From NCBI RefSeq assembly GCF_036588685.1, contig NC_086377.1, positions 47,430,001 through 47,494,000 of the forward strand: 64,000 bases of DNA, in the 5' to 3' direction. Source of the DNA: Mytilus trossulus. Lineage: Eukaryota. Each line of letters begins with the position of its first letter. The first letter of the stretch is position 1. The notes under the pieces are model-generated. The model ran no database searches. It was not told the origin of the DNA and worked only from the letters and a program-made list of their open reading frames with translations. This document shows, one piece after another, positions 1 through 16,607 of this stretch. Position numbers and translations under genes: made by a program.

Positions 1-62
1 GACATTGGATTAACGTTCAAAATATGTATATACATTTCCCAAAAAACTTCTCTTCCTTTTAG

Positions 63-3473
<3,411 letters not shown>

Positions 3474-5228
3474 AATATGTATTTGTTTCAAAATAAAAAT
3501 AAAAATATTCACCACTTGTTTTTTTATATGTTAATAAACGTTAATAGAAAACAAACTAGGTAAAAATCAATGCAGCAAACGAAAATGAAACCAAGAGGTC
3601 GATATTCAACCGTTAATGGTGGTAATATGTCTCGACTATATCTCTTTAGTTAATACCGCGAATTCCACATGTGTTCCTAATGATACACACTATTACTGAC
3701 GGTCAATTCGAAATTATTTGGCATGAATAAACGAACATACTAGAGCTTCTTATAAATCATGAAAACAATATGATATTGTATTCAGGTTTTTATCTGTAAT
3801 ATGTGAGTTTTAAAGACAACATTAGGGTCTTGACACTTTTATCAAATCTTTAAACCCAGGTGAAAATATCCATATTTACATATAACTTAAGTCAAGTGTA
3901 CTCGGTTACATTCTTTGAGATGATTGATATTGAATATTGGTCATGACCAACGTTCAAAATGTGGATCACTGATAAAGTATTAGATTATTGAGAATGGAAA
4001 TGAGGAATTTGTCAAAGAGACAACAACCCGACCATAGAGAAGACAACAGCCGAAGTCAGTTTGTGGAATATCCTTTGATAGGAAGTATTTTGTTCAAAGA
4101 TAAGGTGCCGCATATTATTATGAAACCTTTTTTTCTATTTAACATCTGTCCAGTGTCAAAATATCTCGCATCTCACACAGGACAATAACAAAAAAAAAAT
4201 CAGCAGATTTTCCAAATATATAGGTATCACATATTATTTAATGATGATCTCTCCAGACAAAGGGAAGACATTTTGCCATGTCAAATGATATCTACACACA
4301 CTTCTCTATTGCGAATCTAGATCAGATACCTTTATAGGCAAGTCTAAAGTAAAAGGGAACTTGCAATGCAATGCACTGTGTAAGGGAAAGTGTAATGCTC
4401 CCTTTACGTTTTTTTTGCAAGGCCGAATTTCCTTCCCATAAACATATCGGTCGATCTTACTTAGAGAACGGGACATTCGCCTAGCGACTCGCAATTATTT
4501 AATTTATCAAAATTGTGTCACCATTTTTTCGCACGTGCCACTAGATTAAATGCGGTTACATTATGCTTTTTGCTTCAAAAGATCATTAGTACAAAAGAGA
4601 ACGATAACTAACATCTATTATTTTAGTAGTTATATCAAATTATTTCATATATTTGGAAATTGATGTAATTCCAATAAATTCATTTGAAATTACTTTGCAA
4701 ACCTAGCTTTGCCAAACGTCATACATTGAAATACACCAGTGTGAAAATATAATTATGATTGTGATTTGTATGTCCTTATTTGTTTCTTTGTGTTAATTGT
4801 ATAAAAGTAGCCAATGTCGTTTAACTATACATCTTTGTAAATATCATGACATGATGACAATGATAAATAATTTTTCCACGTCCCGACATAATTCTCCATT
4901 GCATATCAAGAGAGGAGAAAGAAAGACTACAACAGAATATGACAGGAATCAACAACGAAGGAATACAAAAATATAAACATCAAATCGTGTGATCAAACTC
5001 AAATCAATGTAAAAGAGATGGCATGAATCTGTTATCATTAACAATATATCTGTTGTTTTTCTTCATCCTCTACTTTTTCAGTATAGTGTAGTAATATTTA
5101 TTTTGTTTATCTTATATAATGCATCATTGTATGCTCATATTTAATTATGTTGATGCATAATATAATGTTTTTGGAGAAGACTTTATAAATAAACTCATCA
5201 AATATACCAAGACAACATTTTGTACATA

Positions 5229-5270
5229 CGCCAGACGCGCGTTTCGTCTACAAAAGACTCATTAGTGACG
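5229..5270 (-). ncRNA. Hammerhead ribozyme repeat copy with mutated core (CTAATGA)
   Basis: Reverse complement reads CGTCA-CTAATGA-GTC-ttttgta-GAC-GAAA-CGCGCGTC-TGGCG. Same family as 309-350, with a G5-to-A change in the core. Confidence 0.7.
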
Positions 5271-5882
5271 CTCCAATTCTAAAAGTTAAAAGGGCCAAAT
5301 AAAGTACGAAGTTGAAGAGCATTGTTTTAATTGTGTCTGATAGTGTATGCTTTGAGCAACTAAAACATGTTTAAACTAAACTGTAATCAAATGTATGACC
5401 TATCTGGGAAGAATACATTATGTCCACAACCGTCAAAACAGCACTTCTGTACACCTTAAGAATCGCTTCAACGTTTCATTGCTCACCACACGCACCGCCG
5501 GTACCAGGTGGAATAATAGGACAGGCACCAGGCTTTAGATTGACTAAGTTGGATTTGTTTAAGATATATATTTTAAAGATTAACTAAGATAACAGTTGGG
5601 GTGAGATTATTGGCTCATTGCCAAATTACAATCGATCATCAAAAGTGTCAAAAACATCATATTAATTAAAAGTGTATACCCTTGTTAATTCTAACAAACT
5701 ATTTGTTTATCATTTTTGGTAATTGAATATTTTTCTTTACATCTCCTTTTTAATAAATCTTTATATATACTTCGAAAAAAAGCATACAGTTAATTATAAA
5801 ACAGAACTATGTGCCTGACCGAGAAAAAAAGCCAGTCATGGTCACCACCATCTGAACACCTGGGCAGCGCTTTCTATTTATA

Positions 5883-6854
5883 GGTTAGACAATACTTGGT
5901 CATGTTTTATGAAGATTTAAGCCCAAGGCGAAGCCGAGGGCTTAAATCTTCATAAAACATGACCAAGTATTGTCTGACCAATTTAGAACATAATCACACT
6001 TTCGAGTGACCTTACAAAATAAGCCTTTCCCATTGTTATATTCAAACCTTTAAAAGAGTTCACATTTTATAATGAACCAAAACATAGGTAATCATCATTT
6101 CAATGGATGGAATGAAATAGCACTATTGTTATTTGGATGGAGAGTTGTCTCATTGGCACTCACACCACATCTTCATATATCTATCTACTGACGTTGTTTG
6201 TGAGGACTGAACGGATAAATTGTTTTTCTTCTGCTTCAGGTAGAATTAAATACTAATGTCTTTAGATTTTTTTATTTTAAAAAGCAGCACAATGTTATAT
6301 AAATCATCTTTTTGAAATTTGATTTTTTTTATAAAGATTAAACTTTTTATAAGCATTTAAATTTAGACCATTCAACGTTAAATGCTTATTTTTTGTTGAT
6401 AACTTTTTATGTATTGTGTTTCTCCGTAAAACAATCTTTGCTCTATATATCAGCAGCCTGAAATTGTTTTCTTGAAAGAAAAAAAATATCCCTCAAATGC
6501 CCAGTTTATAATAAATAAATATAATTTTACCTTACATCCTTATCCCCATTGTTTTTGTTTATTCTATATATGTGTACCATTAGAACATTTATGAAAATTT
6601 GCAAAATTCAAAATAATTTGTTTTCATTTTTGATCTTTCATCTTAAATCAGTAAGCTCTTTTCCAAGGGAAAATGCCTCAGGTGATTGTACACTTCATTA
6701 GTGCAGCTATTAAGAGTTCACTTTTATAATTAACTGACAATAAAAAGTCATTCATGTATAGCATTTCATAGTGCATGGAAAACCATGTACTATGAAAATT
6801 AGAGGGTGAAAAACTGACTTTTCATTGGACGAGAAGGGGTGAGTATGTTCTAAA
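5883..6854. mobile_element. Non-autonomous element with a terminal 38-bp perfect hairpin and subterminal inverted repeats (possibly Crypton-type)
   Basis: 5887-5924 pairs perfectly with 5938-5975 around the loop AAGGCGAAGCCGA. TTTAGAACATAATCAC (5982-5997) is inverted relative to GTGAGTATGTTCTAAA (6839-6854). Confidence 0.45.
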
Positions 6855-7627
6855 ATAATGTACATGAAAATAAGGTCAAATTAAACTATATGCCATTAAA
6901 ACTAAAAACATGGTTAAATGGTGACTAAGAATTGCGAACATATCCGCATCAACCATCAAAAAATACAAAAAAAGAATATTAATTTTAACATCTGATCATA
7001 CTTGTACCGGTATCACAGATTGTTATTTGCGACTTTAATTTAATCAACAATTGATGTTTCGGATATGCTTGACTTGTGCATGAATTTTTTTTTAATATTA
7101 TAACATTCTATCCAAAAACAAAAACGTATCTTAAAATGAATTTGTGTAAAACATTGTGTATCCGTCGATATCACAGAACAACGTAGGCAATTGATTCAGT
7201 GAAATTTAACAAATGTTTCAGGCATTTTGATAAACGTATATTTAATGTTTGTTTGAACATACCATAGAACGTCCATAAACAGTTACATCATGTTAAAAAA
7301 ATGATACTCTTGAAAAATCAGGAGATATTGCATGAATGCAAATGAGATAAACATCCAACTAATCCTAACTGTGGATCTCCGTGATTCTAACACATATGTG
7401 TCACTGTTTAGACTGTTGAATTGTTATCTCTTGGTCCTTCATAAAACTCAGAATATCTATTCGGCTTCAACATGACAAAGCGTGAGGCAAACTTAAACAT
7501 AAAAAACGGCAACTTTAAATTATGAAATAACATAGTTTTTGTTTTGTGTTTCCCATTGCATCAACCGAATTTTCTAGTTGTAATATTGTATATAATAAAG
7601 CGTACATGATACCTTAACTTCCTTTAC

Positions 7628-7700
7628 ATTTCAGTTCACTTCAGTTCAATCATTAATTACTCAATATAATTGCTCGCACTATACATTGAATACTAGGATA
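7628..7700 (-). mobile_element. Short 5'-truncated LINE 3' tail, (GAACT)n-like microsatellite
   Basis: Minus strand reads ...ATTGAGTAATTAATGATTGAACTGAAGTGAACTGAA, a CR1/L2-style tail. Confidence 0.35.
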
Positions 7701-9379
7701 ATTCTATAAGAAATAGGCCCGGTCAGACCCCTTTTTAAGTAAACACAACAGGAGTCCAGTTTACAGACGGCTGTCCCCATTTTTGTGTAGATAAACAAAT
7801 GACTTTTTCTATTTTTAAACTTTGGTGAGTTCTAAAAAGGGAAATAACTCTTGTAGATTTCAGGCAATTTTTGGCATTTTTATCCAATTTTTATAAAAAA
7901 CATCTAATGAGCCCCAAAAATGTTTTTGCAGAAATGAGAAATATAAATCTTTTTGGAATAAAAGCTATTTTTTAGTTTATTCAGGAATGGATGCGTTTTT
8001 TCATAAATTAGGAGGAAAATTGGTTCATAATTGCATTAGAATATGCCAAAATTCATACTAATAACCTAGATTAAAAATGTCAATTTGAGTTTAATATCAG
8101 AAAAAGTGAAAAAATGTCCCTGAACAAGTATTTAAAAGAAACTGATATGATATAAACTGCATCAAACATATTATGCTGTATATAAGTCACTGTAAGACGA
8201 GAATAGCAAAAAATCAGCTATTTTCAACATTTTAAAGCCCGTTGCCATGGTAACCATACATAATTCAGGGTGGCATGTACAGACTTTTTTTCATATTTTA
8301 TATAAATGTTTGTTGTCAGAAAGTTTCAACAAAAACGGTGACCACCCGTGCCCAACTTTGGTTGACGGTTACAGAGAATGGGTGTTAAATGCTTCTATCG
8401 AACCATTTTATTCTGACAGGAGGGGATAGGGCTGCAAATATCCATATATATTAATATTCATATGATGAAGACATAATCTTTAAATCAGTTTAATTTAGGT
8501 CTGGAGATGACATGTCAGCAACTGCTAGTAGTCTATTGTTATTTGTGTTTTATTGTCAATGTATTTATTTTCTTTTGTTTCATATAAGGGAAGGGTAGAG
8601 ATCTCAACAAACTTAAGTAACTCTGTCCAGAGTCAAGAGCCTCTGGCATTTCTTATTCTTTGATAATTGGTAATTTTAGTTTCTTGTGTATAATTAGGAG
8701 TTTAGTATGACGTCAAGTATAACTGAACTAGTATACATGTTTGTTAAGGGGTCAGTTGCAGGACGCCTCCGGGTGCAGGAGTTTCTCGCTAAATTTCTGT
8801 TGACTGCCATATGGTCGGGTTGTTGTCGCTTTGACATGTTTCTCATTTCCATTCTCAATTTTGAAATATACATGCCAACTGAACTATAATTCTTATCACG
8901 TAGCTTAAAACATCCTGCTACCTGATTTTTCGTTCAATAAAAATTTACAACTAAGGAGACCAAAATGTTCCCCTATCCCTCCCAATGCTGCTAAACGCCC
9001 AGTACTCTCGGTAAGAACCCCAAGCCAATCTACCTGTTAAGCCAAAGGGTGTTTATATTGCTAGGAAATGATAAGTGTTTGCTGAGACAATTTGCCGTTT
9101 CACATTCTAAAGGATTATGGGTTAATGCATTGTTTGTACCCAAAAATGAAAATAACTTCCCGTCATTGGTTGAATTTCATTTGTTTAAGACATTGGTAAC
9201 CAATCACGACGTTATGGTGTACACTTTTGAAAGTAGTACCCAGGATGCATTACATTCTGAAACGGTGAATGTATATCTTGGAACCGGTTGTGGATGTTTA
9301 ATGACCTGGGTTCGGAATTGTATCTTGCTTGTTGCCTCAGGAATATGTTACCTGAGCTGTATTTGGAAACCTTTAAGAA

Positions 9380-9540
9380 TTTAAGTCCTCAATGCTCTGC
9401 AAAATCGTTCTTTGTTTGGTCTTTTAGCTGTTCTTTTGGATTATAGCTTAACTAATGAGTCTTTTTTAGACGAATCGCGCATCTGAAGAAAATACAAAAT
9501 TTTGTTCTGGTACATTGTATCTATGATGAGTTAGTTTACT
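9380..9540 (+). repeat. Degenerate copy of the hammerhead-containing repeat
   Basis: ACTAATGAGTCTTTTTTAGACGAATCGCGCATCTG followed by ATCTATGATGAGTT, as in the copy at 309-392. Confidence 0.6.
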
Positions 9541-9871
9541 ATTTCCATGTTAAAAAAAAACAAAATGAGGCCAGTTTGATTACATGTTAATTACGTGGCC
9601 CTTGTCGATATCGAAGGTTTCGGGAGCTCTTGAATGGTCATAGCAATACCACCTATACTTATACTTACAATAATGTAATTATGTAAAAATGAACGTATTG
9701 GTTTCAAACCCCCTTGGATAAACACTAACATGTACATGGTATAGGTTAAACTTGCTTGATGATCTTGCACTTTTCTACAGACCCTGATTTAAAAAGGATA
9801 ACAAAGAATATTTCATATCATATCATGAATGCAAGGTTGCTTGTAAACCTAATCAGATGTAACTGGGCACA

Positions 9872-10455
9872 GGATTATTAGAGTTACATTATTAATTACC
9901 CGTTTCACTACAGACAATTATCGTAAGGGGCACGGTATTTATTTGAGTTTCAATATTGTTAACCTGTTCACTACGGACAAAGATCGTAAGGGCTCGGTAA
10001 TTATTCGAGTTACACTATTATGAACCCCTTAAACTACATATAATGACCGTAAGGGGCACGGTCATTATTCGAGTTTCAATATTGTTAACCCGTTCACTAC
10101 GGACAAAGATCGTAAGGGGCACGGTAATTATTCGAGTTACATTATTATGAACCCCTTAAACTACATATAATGACCGTAAGGGGCACGGTCATTATTCGAG
10201 TTTCATTATTGATAACCCGTTTCACTACGGAAATATACCATAAGGGTCACGGTAAATATTCGACATACATTATTGTTAACTAGATTTACTAGACAATGAC
10301 CTTAAGGAGTACGGTAATTATTCGAGATACATTATTGTGAATCCCTTCCACTACAGGCCATTGCCTGACGGGAGCACTGTAATTATTTGAGATACATTAT
10401 TGTTAACCCAAACCACTGTGCACATTGGACGTAAGGCGGACTGTAGTTATTTGAA
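9872..10455. repeat. Minisatellite, ~63-64-bp unit, ~9 copies, with alternating A/B variants
   Basis: TTATTCGAG...CGTAAGGGGCACGGT recurs at about 10001, 10065, 10128, 10192, 10256 and 10318. Confidence 0.9.
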
Positions 10456-10631
10456 TTATATAACAGTTAAAAACAGTCTACTTTTTAAAACGTCTTCCAG
10501 ATGTAACTATTTCTGACAATACACATCTTATTATCTTTTTTAGAATTGATTATCATGATTTTGATTGAAACCTTTGTTATCATTGATAACTTTTACATTT
10601 CACCTGTCCTGTCATATTTAAATATGTATTT

Positions 10632-11205
10632 TGGTAATAATGTAAGGCGCATGTAATGGTAATAATGTAAGGCGCTAGTAATGGTAATAATGTAAGGCGC
10701 ATGTAATAGTAATATTGTTAGGCGCATGTTATGGTAATAATGTAAGATGCATGTAATGGTGATAATGTAAGGCGCATGTAATGGTAATAATGTAAGGCGC
10801 ATGTTATGGTAATAATGTAAGGCGCATGGAATGGTAATAACGTAAGGCGCATGTTATGGTAATACTGTTAGGCGCATGTAATGGTAACATGTTAGGCGCG
10901 TGTAATAGTAATAATATTAGGCGCATGTAATGATATTAATGTTAGGCGCATGTAATGGTAATACTGTTAGGCGCATGTAAAGGTAATAATGTAAGGCGAA
11001 TGTAATGGTTATAATGTTCGGCGCATGTAATGATATTAATGTTAGGCGCATGTAATGGTAATAATGTTAGGCGCATGTAATGGTAATAATGTTAGGCGCA
11101 TGTAATGAAATTAATGTTAGGCGCATGTAATGGTAATAATGTTAGGCGCATGTAATGGTAATAATGTAAGGCGCATGTAATGGGTATAATGTTAGGCGCA
11201 TGTAG
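10632..11205. repeat. Minisatellite, 25-bp unit (AATAATGTWAGGCGCATGTAATGGT), ~23 copies
   Basis: Head-to-tail tandem array with no unique spacers. Confidence 0.95.
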
Positions 11206-11361
11206 TGATTATTTGATTTTACTTTACTGTAAGCCAACTACTCTTCAGATATCCCACTGAAATAACTGTCTGTATTGGATAGGAGATGAGTTTTGTATGG
11301 ACATTTAACAGTTGTATGCCACTGATGAATTTCCAGAAACTTCAGATATGTTAAACAATAA

Positions 11362-11600
11362 TAACAAGTGAAACTGCGAGCTACTGCTCACTGATGTTAC
11401 CCCCGCCGCAAGTGGATAATATAAATAGTGTAAACATATGCAATTGTTCGGTAAACAGGAAGTTGTCGAGTGATTAATCTGAAAACGCATCACACGGTAA
11501 AGCTGACTTATATAAATCCTGAAAACAAATTTCAGAAATCCTTGTATTGTAGTTCCTGAGAAAAATGTGACGAAAATTTTCAACTTGGCTATCATCTGTA
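11362..11600 (+). mobile_element. Truncated bivalve Helentron/HINE-like non-autonomous element
   Basis: Starts AACAAGTGAAACTGCGAGCTACTGCTCACTG...CCCCCGCCGC and continues into an AAATTTCAG...GTAGTTCCTGAGAAAAATGTGACG core typical of bivalve HINE-type repeats. Recognition only. Confidence 0.5.
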
Positions 11601-11616
11601 AAATCTAGTCCTATAA

Positions 11617-11706
11617 TATAAGACTCTGGAGGTTCATATCATTTTCATTCAACGTTTTTTATCGGATATTTTTTTTTCTATCAATGTTGAACCCCAGAGT
11701 CTTATA
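11617..11706. mobile_element. Tiny hairpin MITE-like element
   Basis: TATAAGACTCTGGAGGTTCA ... TGAACCCCAGAGTCTTATA inverted ends. Confidence 0.45.
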
Positions 11707-12276
11707 CCAAGTATCCATTTTCTCGTAGTGGATTACCAACGATTTTATGTGGGAACTTTGAACAACAATTTTACAATGTTTACGACAGTTTTAAGTTAAC
11801 TTATGTCATTTTCCTTACAAATGAACATCAAATAATAAAAAAAATGTCTTACCTTTTCATGTGATGGGTTTATCTCCTTTTTATAACAACTTTTCAATGT
11901 GTCAACCCCCCCCCTCATTTCAAATTGTCAATCGGGTCAAGAACGAGAAGTTCCGCAGGTCTTTCCGAATGTTAATCAGTTGTACATTTTTCAGAATATT
12001 CCTTTGAAAACCAATTCTGAATTGACTTTAAGGTGATAATGAACGATGAAATGATGTAAATTAATTCTGATTTCCTCATTAATAAAAGCAAGCTTATCAT
12101 GAAAGGTTTCTTAACACTTAAGAGGCGACCATATAGTATTCATAAAAAGGAAATGGATGATTGTATAAATGAATATTATTTTCCGATAGCAACAAGAATT
12201 ATACGGTCAACTTTGCTGTCTCATGAAAATAATGGTCAAATGTGGAAATGGTGACAATCAATACATACATCAATAA

Positions 12277-12502
12277 TGGACGACATCAAAAGATCGATGT
12301 AGGATAAAAAAAAACTTAAATCAAATACTTTTGGGGGGGGGGGTAAAATTCTGCAAGTTTTGTATATGTAAAATCGATTTTTTTTTTACATATATTCCTA
12401 TTGGTAAATCATTTTTTCCCAAATTAAGTTAAGAGGGGGGTGTCAGTGAAAAAACTATGTGAATTAATTTTTTATCTTACATTGAACTGTTGGTGTCGTC
12501 CC
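12277..12502. mobile_element. MITE, possibly PIF/Harbinger-type
   Basis: GGACGACATCAAAAGATCGATGTAGGATAAAAA ... TTTTTATCTTACATTGAACTGTTGGTGTCGTCC imperfect TIRs. Confidence 0.55.
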
Positions 12503-13579
12503 AAAGGTAGTTGGCTTTCTTTATTTACTTGCTTTACAGATTTTGTTTTCATGCTTTGCCATATTACAGCGAGTTTTTTTTATGATGGCCATAACGGCGG
12601 TATTTTTCCCTGTTGAGGAAGGCCATATGATATAAATTGCTTACATCGACTTCATTTTAAGTCTTGTTAATGTAAAAATTCTGTTGTCTTATTGGCTTCC
12701 TTACAACATATCCTTACAATTTTGATTACGGCTAATTTCATTAAAGTAAAGCTTTGGTCGGCTTTTGTCTCATTGGCTTCCATACCACATCTCCTTTTGA
12801 TTACGGCTAATTTCATAGTTTAAGCCCTTCAATAAGACATCGCAAAACACAACTAAACAATGGTAAAATTGCATGAAAAGTTTAAATATTCAATTTTTTT
12901 TATGGGGAGACAATCCAACGACAAAAACAAATCGTTCCACAACCAATGTAAAGAATGTGTAACAGAAACAAACAACGAATCGAAATCTTATTCCATTAAA
13001 CATCTTAAAAGGAGAAAGCCTGAATAGAAATGATTTAAAAAATACCAACCTTAATTATGAAATCCGATTTTTCTCTTTTCTTTATTCTAATTAAATTGAA
13101 ATTAAGATCCAGTTATGTCATGACAGCTATATAAATTCGTTTTAAGAGTTCACGGCGAGCGAGCCAATCCTCATTCACCAAAAGTTTTTTGTTCAAGTTG
13201 TTTACCATTTACAGATATGAATTGCTTACTGCGAGAGCGGCCGAGCCGACAAATGTCTATCAGAATACGAGTGCATGGGTTGAGCAAGCCAATTTTCATT
13301 CAAAAATTATCTTCTCCAAATTAAGAATCAGCACAAAGGAATTTCTAATTGTGAGAGCGGGCGAGGTGATACATGTTTTGACATGTATTCTAAAGAAATG
13401 ATGAAGAACGTCTTCATTGAACGAAATCTTTATCTAAACTACATGTAGGAATACAATAACGTCGCTAAGTAGCGACGTCGAATATACAGTTACGTAATTA
13501 CCGCGGTAAACGACGTTAAGACGTTTACCAATTAAACGAAAATGTCTATAATAAAAGAATGTAAAAGTATTTTACAACA

Positions 13580-14805
13580 CATGTCTTTTAAAATACGAGT
13601 TCATACAACGAGAGCGAGCGAGCCAATTCTCATTCACCAAAAGTTCTCTTGTTGAGCATCAGCAGCAGAAAATTTCTAGTTGTAAGACAGGCGATAAATT
13701 TATTTCAAAATACGATTTCATACAACGGGCAAATTCTCATTCACCAAAAAAGTTCTCTTGTCACATTGTCAATCATCAGCAGAAATAAATATCTAGTTGT
13801 AAGAGCGGGCGAGGCGATACATGTCTTTCAAAATACGAGTTAATACAACGGGGAGAGCGAACCAATTATCATTCACCAAACAAGTTCTCTTGTCACATTG
13901 TTAAGCATCAGCAGCAATAAATTTCTAGTTGAAAGAGCGGGTGAAACGATAAATTTATTTCAAAATACGAGTTCATACAACGGGAGTGAGCCAGCCAATT
14001 CTCATTCACCAAAAAGTGCTCTTGTCACATTGTTAAGCATCAGCAGCAATAAATTTCTAGTTGTAAGAGCGGGCGAGGCAATACATGTCTTTCAAAATAC
14101 AAGTTCATACAAAGGGATGAGCGAACCAATTCTCACTCACCAAACAAGTTCTCTTGTCACATTGTTAAGCATCAGCAGCAATAAATTTCTAGTTGAAAGA
14201 GCGGGCGAGGCGATAAATTTATTTCAAAATACGAGTTCATACAACGGGGGTGAGCGAGCCAATTCTAATTCATCAAAAAGTTATCTTGTCACATTGTTAA
14301 GCATCAGCAGAAATAAATATCTAGTTGTAAGAGCGGGCGAGGCGATACATGTCTTTCAAAATACGAGTTAATACAACGGGGTGAGCGAACCAATTATCAT
14401 TCACCAAACAAGTTCTCTTGTCACATTGTTAAGCATCAGCAGCAATAAATTTCTAGTTGAAAGAGCGGGTGAAACGATAAATTTATTTCAAAATACGAGT
14501 TCATACAACGGGAGTGAGCCAGCCAATTCTCATTCACCAAAAAGTGCTCTTGTCACATTGTTAAGCATCAGCAGCAATAAATTTCTAGTTGAAAGAGCGG
14601 GCGAGGCGATAAATTTATTTCAAAATACGAGTTCATACAACGGGGGTGAGCGAGCCAATTCTCATTCACCAAAAAAAGTTCTCTTGTCACATTGTTAAGC
14701 ATCAGCAGCAATAAATTTCTAGTTGTAAGAGCGGGCGAGGCGATACATTTATTTCAAAATACGAGTTCATACAACGGGGGTGAGCGAGCCAATCCTCATT
14801 CACCC
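13580..14805. repeat. 132-bp satellite, ~9 copies, with degenerate copies at ~13150-13380
   Basis: TCACATTG recurs at 13761, 13893, 14025, 14157, 14289, 14421, 14553 and 14687. Confidence 0.95.
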
Positions 14806-15251
14806 GTATGAAATGTTATTGGAAATATTTCCCTTGAAAACTACAAACACAATTTACATACTATCTTTTGAATTTTTCTCAACCAAACCATTGAAAGTAA
14901 GGTAATCCTGTGCATTCTATGTTCTCAATCAGAAATCATTTTCACTGTTAACTTTTTCGGTCAAAACAGTTGACGTGTTTTGTGCAATTTATTTATGTGT
15001 GTGTCTAACAACATTTTATCATTATACATGTTAGCGGCAATAAGTGAAATTAGGCATTAAGCTTAAATCCTAGGCAATAAGATAACGCCTAGGCATTAAG
15101 TTATTGCCTGAAATTTTCAGGCATTAAGCTTATTTCCTGAAATCTGATGATGATTATTCATCCTATTGCCGAACATAATTTTAGGCAATAAGTAAATTCT
15201 GGAATTTATGCCTATTGGGTGATTTATTATTGATATAAAGGCTTTTCTTAA

Positions 15252-16607
15252 GGTCAAGTTACAATAAATGGGCTATGTCTTAGATTTCAGTAAAATTTGG
15301 CAAACAGCTCTGGCTCGATGAACCTCAACTGAAAATCGAAATAATAATGCATTTATCTCTAATATAATATGAAATATTACTGATTGAATCCTTACAAAAT
15401 GGATGAACATTTGTATAGAAAGCACATAAAATCGGCGAAAACCCTTCTAAAATTTATCTTAAAATCGCCAAATCTCTAATTCTACTCCATAGATTTTTCT
15501 TAAAAAACTATATGTTGTTGATACATAAAGGAGTAGGTCCAGTAAGACCCCTTTTCGGCCCCAAAATATGGCAGTTTTACAAAAACTTTTAGGTATCTAT
15601 TGGATAGTCGAATGGTTCTGCTACATACATATGGGCTGTTTTTGACAATACAATGCACATATATTGGGTACTAGCACCAATAAATCATGCTAAATTACTG
15701 AAATCTTCACAATTCAAGCATTTTAGTGAAATTTTAGACGGTTTCCGTGTAAAACGAAAGTGGCCGCATTAGTGTTCATCCAAAATATTGAAATGGAAGT
15801 TGTATTTGATGATAATACATAACATATATAAAGATATAAAGATTGAGGATGAACACGGATGCGGCCACTTTCGTTTAGACAAAAACCATCTATAAAGTGA
15901 CATTTTTTCGCATATTTGAGCTTGAATCGGATCGTTTTTTATGACTAAATAAGTTGAAATCTTTCACATAAATTATTTGAATCATATGAATTAGACACTT
16001 AAGTGTTTAAAAAGTGGTCAAAATCTTTCGTCAGATGAAACTGAAGTTTGAGGCCGAAATCGGTCCTTACCGGACCTACTCCTTTCCGTTAAAATGATGC
16101 AAAATAAAGATAGGGTCACCGACTTCGTTTTTACGGTACACATCATTCAAAGTTGCGTTCTTTGTGAAAAAATCCAACAAAACGTCGAAATAATCGTAAC
16201 GTTATCGCGTTGCAGGCCGTAAAACGTTGTTTTTTGACGTTTTTCACTACCAATAAGGTAACAAATTGATTATTAGAAAAAAAACGAAGTCGGTGACCCT
16301 ATGATTATTTTATATCATTAAAACAGAAATTTATGTGTCAACAATATAAAGTTTTTTAAGAAAAATCTATGGAGTAAAATTAGAGATTTGGCGATTTTAA
16401 GACAAATTTTAGAAGGTTTTTCGCCGATTTTATGTGCTTTCTATACAAATGATCACCCATATTAAGAGAAATCAATCTGCAACTTTTCAGAAAATAAAAG
16501 AGATAAATGTATTATTTTTTCGATTTTCAGTTGTAGTTCAACGAGCCAAGGTTGTATGCAATTTTTTAGCAAAATCTGCGACATAGCCCATTTACTGTTC
16601 CTTGACC
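15252..16607. mobile_element. Kolobok-type long-TIR MITE (TTAA duplication, GG...CC termini)
   Basis: TTAA|GGTCAAGTTACAATAAATGGGCTATGTC ... GACATAGCCCATTTACTGTTCCTTGACC|TTAA. The arms are inverted over several hundred bp. Confidence 0.8.
15530..16082. mobile_element. Spy-type (PHIS) MITE inserted between AAA and TTT with no target duplication
   Basis: AAA|GGAGTAGGTCCAGTAAGACC ... GGTCCTTACCGGACCTACTCC|TTT. The opposite arm of the host MITE shows the empty site ACACATAAA-TTTCTG. Confidence 0.8.

Noticed and set aside
10632-11205. CRISPR-like array
   Set aside because: Pure head-to-tail 25-bp units with no unique spacers, no cas genes and a eukaryotic context.
13649-14698. Repeat-protein gene from the 64/157/105-aa ORFs
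   Set aside because: By-product of a 132-bp satellite. Units shift frame internally and contain stops; no splice or start support.
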